A stretch of DNA of 64,000 bases from Pseudobdellovibrionaceae bacterium (GTDB lineage Bacteria > Bdellovibrionota > Bdellovibrionia > Bdellovibrionales > Bdellovibrionaceae), in the NCBI GenBank assembly GCA_039810425.1, contig JBDHWW010000015.1:1-64000 (forward strand), read 5' to 3'. The stretch's first letter is position 1. Each line of letters opens with the position of its first letter. Made by a program: the position numbers and the translations under genes. Below the pieces are notes generated by a model, which did not search any database, was not told where the DNA came from, and saw only the letters and a program-made list of their open reading frames with translations. Shown here in pieces: positions 28,218 through 35,941 of this stretch.

Positions 28218-29108
28218 TCACTCTGCAAGATCATCAATCATCGGCTCTGCATAACACCGACACTGAATAGCTTCGCCTGGATGAACGGCCTCACCATCAA
28301 CGATAGGTGGAGAGTTCCAAGAATAAATCTCCCCCTCAAGATCTCGATGAGAAGACCTTTCGCGTTCATCTCCGACACCGCGCCAACGATAGTGAGTGAT
28401 GCCAAGACCAACTTGCGAAATTTCCGTGAGCTGTCCGTTTATTTTTCCAACTTGGTCGCGTGCAATAAGCTCCGCGTTTGAGTCCATCGACGCAAACTGA
28501 TCGTCAATAACGGATTCGATGTCCTCGACGCGTTTGCCTTGAGTGATCGCTTGCATGATTTCAGTTTGAAGTTTTCCGAAGTGTCGATCTGCGAGCGTTT
28601 TAATAAGTTGAACGTTCTCGCTCACTCTTAAGCGGAGATAATCGCGCACTTCGCTTGTCAGAGCTCCTGATCCAAGACGAATGTTGAAAGGGATCAGAGA
28701 ATCCCGCTGCCGACTTTCATTTCCGCGCATCACGGATTCAACGGCAGACCCCATCCGGGATGCAATTGCTGAAATCATTGAATCCGTAAACAGAACGCCT
28801 AAGCGCGCTCGTGCCTCGCCAATCAAAGCCGCGAGGTCATCAATCATGTCGTCTTGCCGAACACGGCTAGGAACTTTTGAATTTATCTCTGAGATGAGGG
28901 ATGGAAGGTTTGGAAGAATCGCTTTTTTTGTGATGGCTTTGGCCTCAGCAACAAACCCAGAGAGTTCTCTTTGGTATTGCCTTTGCGCTCCGTGAGGAAA
29001 CGCGGGTTTGAGCGGCCTTGGCAACCGGCGGGATCTTTTCGGTGTTTTAAGTTTTCGCTCCCGAATCTGGGCAATAGTGTCGGCATCGAAGCGTTGAGCC
29101 GCTTTCAT
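28218..29108 (-). CDS. Minor head protein (Mu gpF/SPP1 gp7-like)
   Basis: IARDQ..K.NG, YRWR...DERER.SH, HPGEAIQCRC. Confidence 0.9.
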   Translation of the reverse strand: MKAAQRFDADTIAQIRERKLKTPKRSRRLPRPLKPAFPHGAQRQYQRELSGFVAEAKAITKKAILPNLPSLISEINSKVPSRVRQDDMIDDLAALIGEARARLGVLFTDSMISAIASRMGSAVESVMRGNESRQRDSLIPFNIRLGSGALTSEVRDYLRLRVSENVQLIKTLADRHFGKLQTEIMQAITQGKRVEDIESVIDDQFASMDSNAELIARDQVGKINGQLTEISQVGLGITHYRWRGVGDERERSSHRDLEGEIYSWNSPPIVDGEAVHPGEAIQCRCYAEPMIDDLAE

Positions 29109-30437
29109 TTACTCTTCCTCTGGCTTTTCTTTTTCGGGTGCCGGAGGAGTTTCTTTTTCTGGATTTACTCGCGTTGAAACGTCGAGTTTGGTTTCCATTG
29201 AAAACCCACCCTGACCAAATCTCGAAACCGCAACTTCGGCAGGATCTAACACCCCTCGGTCTAGGTACACGGCGTCTGCCTGGGAAACCTTGACCCGCAC
29301 ATCGGCCTCTTCCTTTTCATCAAGTTGCCATAGGGGTTCAAATTCGATTTCTAAGCTCTCTATCGCCCCACGGTTGAGTTTTCTTGTCAGGTTGAGGATC
29401 TTAGGCGCTAGGTACTCTTGGCGCTGGGAATCGACAAAATCATACCAAGCCAAAACGGTCGAGTTTCCGGTTGCATTTGAACCGACTGGACTTTCGCCCA
29501 AGAGCTTCGTGTGCGGAATATCCGTCTGCGCAACGAGATTGTCTGCCGAGGCTCTTAGAAGCTCAGGCATTCCGGTGACGGTGCGGGATTTTTCTTCGTA
29601 GGTTTCAGACTCGTCGATAATCAAAGAACGAATGACTGATTTTGAATAATTAGCCAGCTCAATGCGTTCCCGAATTTGATCTTCTTTTCCTGCGGCGACG
29701 AGCTCCGCGAGGTTGCGCATTTTAAAAACGCCCACGTTAAAATCTTGCAAGATCGCTGATGCAGCGTCGTGACTCGTTTGAAAGTTACGGAGGGAATTAA
29801 AAGGCTTTGTGAGAACGGAATCATGCCAATAGCCATTCTGGATAAAGAGTCTTCTCGGAAGAATAGCCCCGTTAAAAATCTCAAGCCGCGAGGCATGAAT
29901 GACAAGCGAGTTGAGTGAACTCGAAACGCTTTGTTGAAGATTGAGCCTATATTTTGTCGGAAGGCGAAAGTACGGAGAAAAAGGATTCATGTCGATGGAA
30001 CTAAAATCGGCCTGAAGTTCAAAACGGCCAAGAACCTGAAGTCCAGTGACCTCTTCCGTTTCCAGCATGGGTTCTTCCATGCGACTGCTTCCGCGACTCA
30101 AATACAGAATGGCTGAACCGCCATATTTTCGGGCCTGCTTCCAGGCCTCAATAATTTTCAGACGAGCGCCAAGTTCTCTGATCCGCTTCGCATAGGCATC
30201 TGAGTCCTTTTGTGAAATTCCTTTGTACGACCATTTTTTGCGACACGCTTCTTCGGGAAGTAAATTGACGATTCTCGTCGCCAATCCATCGGAGGCGTAG
30301 AGGTGCTCAAAAAAAAGTTCATCGTGATGAGTCCAAAATGCTTCCGACGAAGTTCTTTTGTCTTTTCCTCGAACGCCTAAGCCTGTGATTAAGTTGAGCC
30401 AGCCATCAAGTCTGGCAACGAAGGTTCTACGATCCAT
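29109..30437 (-). CDS. Portal protein (DUF1073-like)
   Basis: IHASRL, DIPHTKLLGESP.G.NATG, F.PLWQ motifs. Confidence 0.9.
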   Translation of the reverse strand: MDRRTFVARLDGWLNLITGLGVRGKDKRTSSEAFWTHHDELFFEHLYASDGLATRIVNLLPEEACRKKWSYKGISQKDSDAYAKRIRELGARLKIIEAWKQARKYGGSAILYLSRGSSRMEEPMLETEEVTGLQVLGRFELQADFSSIDMNPFSPYFRLPTKYRLNLQQSVSSSLNSLVIHASRLEIFNGAILPRRLFIQNGYWHDSVLTKPFNSLRNFQTSHDAASAILQDFNVGVFKMRNLAELVAAGKEDQIRERIELANYSKSVIRSLIIDESETYEEKSRTVTGMPELLRASADNLVAQTDIPHTKLLGESPVGSNATGNSTVLAWYDFVDSQRQEYLAPKILNLTRKLNRGAIESLEIEFEPLWQLDEKEEADVRVKVSQADAVYLDRGVLDPAEVAVSRFGQGGFSMETKLDVSTRVNPEKETPPAPEKEKPEEE

Positions 30438-30468
30438 GAGATCATTGAATATCGGGCCTTCAAAGAGA

Positions 30469-30557
30469 TCACCGCTTAGTCTTCAACGTGTTGAAGAGAT
30501 GACAGTGACAAAGATATTTAAAGTCGTTGTCTCGTTGAACGGAAGTTCACCGCTTAG
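30469..30557 (-). promoter_or_regulatory. Late-gene motif upstream of the portal
   Basis: TCACCGCTTAGTCTTCAAC 30469-30487, IR TCTTCAAC-gt-GTTGAAGA, second TCACCGCTTAG 30547-30557. Confidence 0.65.
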
Positions 30558-30657
30558 GACATTCAAAAATAGAATTATGGAGGATTCTCCGAGAGGATTT
30601 TGAAAGGGGTCCTTTTATAAAGACCCCAAGATCTGAGGTCTTTATATTCTTCAACTA

Positions 30658-31416
30658 TCACTTATTCTTTTTTGCCGCGTAGTTTCTCATGATGTCCTCG
30701 CAGGCTTTTAAGTCGTCAGCATTAAGTTGGAATGTCGATTTGCCATTGATCTGCTTTTCAATAAGTTCAAAAAGTTCAAAGTCGATAAATGGAGTGACCT
30801 TTCCTGATTGATATTCACGTTCTTTTTCTTCATAAAGGCCATCAAAGGTGCGGTCACGGAACCAGGACTGACGATTTTGCTCCTGAAGTTTCTGTTGTTT
30901 GTCTTTGCTTGGGTGACGCTCTAGGAACTCAAAGAACATTCCGCTGGCTTTCATTCCAGGAAAGAACCACTCGCCACTGAATACCTGAATCAAGTCTTCT
31001 TCAGCGTCATTTAAAATTGGGGTCACAAAGTTCACGCCCAAAGAAAGTGCGTGTTCGTGGAACGAAATCAGATCCGGTGTTCTGAGCGCAATATGTTGCC
31101 AATGGGCTGCGGCCTGATGCCCGTCGAGCATTTCTCTAACGTGGGATGGACGAGACTGCGGCTCCGAGGGTTGAACGACAGCCACAATTGTATTCATCAG
31201 CTCGCGCGGAGTTTCGTCAGCCTTTCCGATCATAAGGGCATAAGTCATGGATTTTTCGCCCTGACCTTTTTCCCACTCTTTGCGTTTATCATAGAGGATG
31301 TCCGCAGCTTGCACTCCGAACACCACGCGAAAAATCGCATAGGCCACCGAATATAGGCGCGGCTGAAGAAGGAGCGTCATGTGATCGACTTGAAAATTTA
31401 AGTATGGCTGTTTCAT
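30658..31416 (-). CDS. VOC-superfamily protein resembling the C-terminal domain of 4-hydroxyphenylpyruvate dioxygenase
   Basis: VDHMT, WQHIALRTPDL, LIQVFS, FFEFLER, FDGLYEEKERE (His-His-Glu triad). Confidence 0.7.
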   Translation of the reverse strand: MKQPYLNFQVDHMTLLLQPRLYSVAYAIFRVVFGVQAADILYDKRKEWEKGQGEKSMTYALMIGKADETPRELMNTIVAVVQPSEPQSRPSHVREMLDGHQAAAHWQHIALRTPDLISFHEHALSLGVNFVTPILNDAEEDLIQVFSGEWFFPGMKASGMFFEFLERHPSKDKQQKLQEQNRQSWFRDRTFDGLYEEKEREYQSGKVTPFIDFELFELIEKQINGKSTFQLNADDLKACEDIMRNYAAKKNK

Positions 31417-31664
31417 TTAGTTTCCTTTCAAAAACATAGTTATTTAAACCCGAAGATAAAATGTGGGTTTTTGGACCGAGCTACCTTATCACCGAGAGTG
31501 CCTTGAGTGAATACGAGGCGCGCCATCAAATCCCCCAAATTTCCGAGGGAAATCAGTAAGAAAGCCCAACGGATAGGCTGGCGAGTTTCGTTTCGAGTTG
31601 CCCAATTTTGCAATCTTTTTGCCTGATTTTGCTTTCACCAAAGGATTGACGCCGTTATCTCTTT

Positions 31665-31686
31665 ATAGTATAGGGTACTATACTAT
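31665..31686 (+). promoter_or_regulatory. CsoR/RcnR-type operator palindrome
   Basis: ATAGTATAG-ggta-CTATACTAT perfect 9-bp IR around a G tract, overlapping the start codon; TTGACG at 31646. Confidence 0.7.
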
Positions 31687-31957
31687 GCACACAATTAGAG
31701 ACAAGAAAAAAGTAATTACAAGAATAAAGCGAATCCAAGGGCAATTGTCGGCTCTCCAAAACTCTATCGAGGCCGAGGAAGATGATTGCTACAAAGTCAT
31801 GCAGCTTCTTGCTTCGTGCCGTGGCGCTCTAAATGGCCTCATGGGTGACATCGTAAATGGACACATCAAAGACCACATTGTCCTAGCTTCAAATAAGCAG
31901 GATGCGGCAGAGGCTGGAGACGAGCTGATCCAAGTCTTAGGTAGCTTTTTAAAATGA
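31685..31957 (+). CDS. rcnR: RcnR-like Ni/Co-responsive repressor (CsoR/RcnR family)
   Basis: MHTIRDK..., RIKRIQGQ; His2, Cys35, His60, His64 match the RcnR ligand pattern. Confidence 0.8.
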   Translation: MHTIRDKKKVITRIKRIQGQLSALQNSIEAEEDDCYKVMQLLASCRGALNGLMGDIVNGHIKDHIVLASNKQDAAEAGDELIQVLGSFLK

Positions 31958-32025
31958 AAAATACAGCGCACCCAAAACTGGGTTCAGATCAATAACGAAA
32001 GTCAGAAAACTTTAGAGGATTAAAT

Positions 32026-32337
32026 ATGGGGAACGACGAACAATCAAAACATGAACATCATCACACATCTGAAGCACTCACGCTTCTACGATTATCACTC
32101 AAGAATTTAGAAATGGCCGATGAAATGCTCGTTAATGGAAAGCCATGCGTTGAAGTTGTGAGACGGCTTTCCGGCGTCGTGTCGCTGCTGATTGAATGTA
32201 AAAGTTTGGTTGCAAACGATCACTTGCTGTCATGTGTGCAATCTGCTCTCAAGCCAGGTCAGGAATCGGTGATAAACGAACTCAAAATACTTGTTAGCGA
32301 GTTATCAACTTCAGCCAGCAAGGGTTCACACCATTGA
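32026..32337 (+). CDS. Divergent CsoR-family protein with His-rich N-terminus
   Basis: Cys41, His66, Cys70 fingerprint; lacks RxxRxxGQ. Confidence 0.6.
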   Translation: MGNDEQSKHEHHHTSEALTLLRLSLKNLEMADEMLVNGKPCVEVVRRLSGVVSLLIECKSLVANDHLLSCVQSALKPGQESVINELKILVSELSTSASKGSHH

Positions 32338-33677
32338 GCACGAAAACTTGGTCACTCTCTTCAAAGTTATTGATTGGACGACTTCTCACGAGATCTGGTG
32401 ATCAAGCTTGGGATTTTGCGGTTCCGTTAGCATTGTTAAGTCTTGTTCCCGGCGAGGTTCGAGTTGCAGCTCTTTACTATCTTATTGTTCGTCTGTTTTT
32501 AGTGGTGCTACTTCCGAGAATTACAGCTCTCATTGATGAAATGAATCGTTTGCGAGCAGCAAGACTAGGAATATCGTTGCAGTTCATTGGTGTTTTACTC
32601 GGAGCGATTGCATTTTTCGCTCTTAGTTACTTTAAATCGCAGTCATTGACTGTTTCCAGCCCGCAAATTATCGGAGCTTTTCTGGTGCTTCTCTTCGGAG
32701 GAGTGTTGAGCAGTTTCGGATCAAATTTCATGGATATCGCAATTGCAAACGATCTTGTTCCGTCAGGAATTAGCGAAGCTGAGTTGGCCGCATTCAACAG
32801 TCGCTTTAGACAAGTTGATCTTTTCACCGAGGTGGCGGCTCCAATTGCTGCGGGATTTCTTTTGGTGATGGGATCTTCTGATCTGCCAATGCTGGGATTT
32901 TACCTCGTTGCACTTTGGAATCTGATTTCATTTTTTCCAGAGTATGGAATTTTGACTTCGATATTTCACGAGCGTCCCGACTTGTCCGAGAAGCGTATTG
33001 CCGTCAGTAAGAGTGCGAAAGTTTCTTTCCTAGAAAAGCTCACCGGAGGATGGCGATCATTCTTTAGAGAACCTGTCGCCCTGGTCGTCGCCGCTTATGC
33101 AATTCTTTGGCTTTCTGTTTTAAGTCCGCATGGAGTTTTACTCACGGCCTTTCTAAAGGATGGCTGGAAATTGCCGGAGTGGGAGATCGGATTGTTTCGC
33201 GGATTGGGTGCTGTCTTTGGTTTAGCAGCTACCGTCATTTTCCCATTCGTTGAGAAAAAAATCGGTCTTATCCAAAGCTCAAAATCTTTCGTTATTTATC
33301 AGGCCATCACCGTTGCAATTGCCTTGGCCTTTTTCTTTTCCGATTCTCGAATGGGGCAGATTGGATTTCTGGCTTTTATATTGCTATCACGAATCGGTGT
33401 GTACGGATTCGGCTTAGGTGAAATGCAAATTCGTCAACTGGGGATTCGTCCGAGCGTTCGCGGAGAGGTAAACGGATTCGCAAGTGCTTTGACCGGCATT
33501 GCGACGCTCGGACTTTTTGCATCGGGCGTTCTCCTGCCTTCCACAAACGACTTTGTTTATCTCATCATCGCATCAGTCGTATTCGTGGTTTTGGCTGCAC
33601 TGGTTTTTAGCTTTTGGGCATGGCGAACGAAGGACAAAGCATTCTTGGGAGTGGAACATGAAGCGGCTCGTGGATAG
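32334..33677 (+). CDS. Bacterial ferroportin (SLC40/FPN1 family MFS divalent-metal exporter)
   Basis: GRLLTRSGDQAWDF, WNL.SF.PEY, LWLSVLSPHGVLL, EIGLFRGLGAVFG match my recollection of Bdellovibrio bacteriovorus Fpn. Confidence 0.9.
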   Translation: MSTKTWSLSSKLLIGRLLTRSGDQAWDFAVPLALLSLVPGEVRVAALYYLIVRLFLVVLLPRITALIDEMNRLRAARLGISLQFIGVLLGAIAFFALSYFKSQSLTVSSPQIIGAFLVLLFGGVLSSFGSNFMDIAIANDLVPSGISEAELAAFNSRFRQVDLFTEVAAPIAAGFLLVMGSSDLPMLGFYLVALWNLISFFPEYGILTSIFHERPDLSEKRIAVSKSAKVSFLEKLTGGWRSFFREPVALVVAAYAILWLSVLSPHGVLLTAFLKDGWKLPEWEIGLFRGLGAVFGLAATVIFPFVEKKIGLIQSSKSFVIYQAITVAIALAFFFSDSRMGQIGFLAFILLSRIGVYGFGLGEMQIRQLGIRPSVRGEVNGFASALTGIATLGLFASGVLLPSTNDFVYLIIASVVFVVLAALVFSFWAWRTKDKAFLGVEHEAARG

Positions 33678-33758
33678 CTACATAGTGCGTTCTGTCATTG
33701 TGAGACGTTTTGCAATTCCCGTTGCGATGCCAAACGCTTAGGTTTAAAGTAGGATGTT

Positions 33759-34148
33759 GTGAAATTCTTGATAATTCTCACTTTTTTAACGATGCAGGTC
33801 ACTTCTGTGGGTGGCCTTGATTCTCTTTTTGGAGTCTATGCCTCTGCTTCGACAGAAGGACATCATCAACATCCTGCTGAGCTAAACGAACACGAAAGTG
33901 AAAGCACGGAACACGGTTCTACGGAGAACTACTCTCACGAACATACACACAGTCATGGACCTGGGGAGCCAGAACATTCTCACAGCCACCAGCACTCATT
34001 TCCAAATGCCCAACAATCGTTTTGCACGTTCCGCGATACCATTCTTCTTGAAATGGCTATCAGTACCTCGCTGAGCTTGTCTTCTGCTGAAGACCTTGAG
34101 CATCCAAGCCCTTATCTTGGATCTCTCTTCAGACCTCCAATTGTCTAA
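33759..34148 (+). CDS. His-rich secreted CzcI-like leader protein ending in FRPP
   Basis: Signal-like N-terminus, HxH repeats, C-term PSPYLGSLFRPPIV. Confidence 0.7.
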   Translation: MKFLIILTFLTMQVTSVGGLDSLFGVYASASTEGHHQHPAELNEHESESTEHGSTENYSHEHTHSHGPGEPEHSHSHQHSFPNAQQSFCTFRDTILLEMAISTSLSLSSAEDLEHPSPYLGSLFRPPIV

Positions 34149-34271
34149 AAAAACACGTCTTCAGATCGCGTTAGCTGGCCCAATTTTGCCATCATAGGCA
34201 CTGCTGCGTCCTAACGGCGTCACAACAAAATTCAAAATTAAAACAGCAGCACTTTGCTGCGAAAGGTATTT

Positions 34272-35522
34272 ATGTCGGCGAGACTACTTTTGTCTCTATG
34301 GCTAGGAATGCTTGGCGCGCCAGTATTTGCCCAGACGCAAACTCAAGCTTGCCAAGCTCTATCCAGCTATAAGGACGTTCTTCAGTGTGCTATTCAGAAT
34401 CATCCGAGCACTCAACGATCAAGACTGGTGCTCGACCAGAACCAAAATTTGACCGGCGTTGCGGAGCAAATCCCAAACCCTCAAATCAGCACCCAGATTC
34501 TGTCTGGCAAAACTAATAGCGACGAACGCGTTGATTACACGCAAGTCAATTTAGCACAGCCGTTCGAGTTAGGTGGCAAGCGCGGGTCTCGAATAAAAAA
34601 AGCGAAAGCATTGGTCGAAGTGAGCGAGATAGATCTTCAGCTTACTCAAGAGGAGATATATTTAAGGACGTATCTCTCCATGATTAGATTGCGACAGATC
34701 TCAGAAGAAATTGAGATTTACGACGACGCTTTGTCCACCTTCGAGAAAATTCAAAAACAGTATCGCTCACGCCCTCGCATGACTCCTGAACAACGTGCGA
34801 CGTATTCAGTTCTGGACATTGCAGCTAGTGACTATCGGGTGCGCCGACAGCCGCTTGTGCGCGAAGCGCGAGTTCATGAACGATTCCTTGAAATCGCAGT
34901 TGGACGAAGACTTGATGTTCGCAGAGACTTCTATCCCGCACGTCGCAAAGACTGGCCGAAAATTTCAGATGGAACTGAAGAAGCTAATTTGAAAAGTGCC
35001 GCGATCAGAAAATCTCAAGCAGAGGTTGAGGTCGCACTGGCCGAACTTGAGTCTGCAAAAAGCCTTGCTTGGCCGGACCTTCAAATCGGACCTACTTTTG
35101 AAACTCAGTCGCAAGGTAGTCAACGCTATCAACAACTAGGCGTTAATATCAGTTTCGCAATTCCCATTTTCAATCTCAACGGTGCAGGAAAATCATACGC
35201 AAATGCTGGCGTCTCGGTCGCAGAAGCTACTGCCACGGCTACAGTGCGGGAAGAACGCAACGAACTAAACCTAAATCGTCAGACCTATGAGGAAATTGTC
35301 CAGCTACTCAAATCCACAATTTCCGCATCTGACCTTCAACGCAAACACAGAGAAGTCGAATCGTCCTTTGCTAATGGCATTGTCCCGAGCTCACTCATCA
35401 TCGAAATTCATCGGCAATTGGCTGACTACACTCGAAGCGTAAATGAACAAGAAACATCAGCAATTGAAGCACTGGCAAAAATCTACTCAGTTCAGGGTCG
35501 CTTGCTTTCGGAGGGACTATGA
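34272..35522 (+). CDS. TolC-family outer membrane factor (CzcC-like)
   Basis: Signal peptide; PNP, QPFELGGKRGSR, PDL.IG, IPIFNLN motifs. Confidence 0.85.
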   Translation: MSARLLLSLWLGMLGAPVFAQTQTQACQALSSYKDVLQCAIQNHPSTQRSRLVLDQNQNLTGVAEQIPNPQISTQILSGKTNSDERVDYTQVNLAQPFELGGKRGSRIKKAKALVEVSEIDLQLTQEEIYLRTYLSMIRLRQISEEIEIYDDALSTFEKIQKQYRSRPRMTPEQRATYSVLDIAASDYRVRRQPLVREARVHERFLEIAVGRRLDVRRDFYPARRKDWPKISDGTEEANLKSAAIRKSQAEVEVALAELESAKSLAWPDLQIGPTFETQSQGSQRYQQLGVNISFAIPIFNLNGAGKSYANAGVSVAEATATATVREERNELNLNRQTYEEIVQLLKSTISASDLQRKHREVESSFANGIVPSSLIIEIHRQLADYTRSVNEQETSAIEALAKIYSVQGRLLSEGL

Positions 35523-35941
35523 GATTCAAAATCTATTTACTGCCGTTTTCTATTTTTATTGGCTTTAGCTTTTCCCACGCCCAGTCACCTGAAGGAGTCG
35601 AGGGTTTCAGAGCTGGTCCAGCTCTCGCAGTTCAAGAGGCCAATCTTAAAGACGGATTTAGACTCAGTGATAAAGCAAAAGAAGTCATTGGAGTGAAAAC
35701 AAAAAAACTCGGCACAAGACCATTCTCAATTTCGCAATCTTCAATTGTTCACTACGGCGATAAAGCAGGTGTTTACCGATACCGCGATGGCTGGTTCAAA
35801 CTTATTGAAGTTCAGATACAAAATAAATCTCAGGCTGTTGAAATCTCCAGCAGCGAACTTCGTGACAATGATGAAGTCGCAGTTCAAGGCGTCGCTCTCC
35901 TGCGGGTGAGTGAGATGGACGCTTTCGGGGGTGAAGAATGA
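35519..35941 (+). CDS. Miniature CzcB-like periplasmic adaptor (membrane-proximal part only)
   Basis: 140 aa at the czcB position; LS....IGVKT N-segment joined to V.I..VEI....L...DEV.VQG..LL C-segment. Confidence 0.6.
   Translation: MRFKIYLLPFSIFIGFSFSHAQSPEGVEGFRAGPALAVQEANLKDGFRLSDKAKEVIGVKTKKLGTRPFSISQSSIVHYGDKAGVYRYRDGWFKLIEVQIQNKSQAVEISSSELRDNDEVAVQGVALLRVSEMDAFGGEE

Noticed and set aside
34149..34271. NiCo riboswitch upstream of czcC
   Set aside because: I could not find the conserved four-way-junction sequence; only generic stems.
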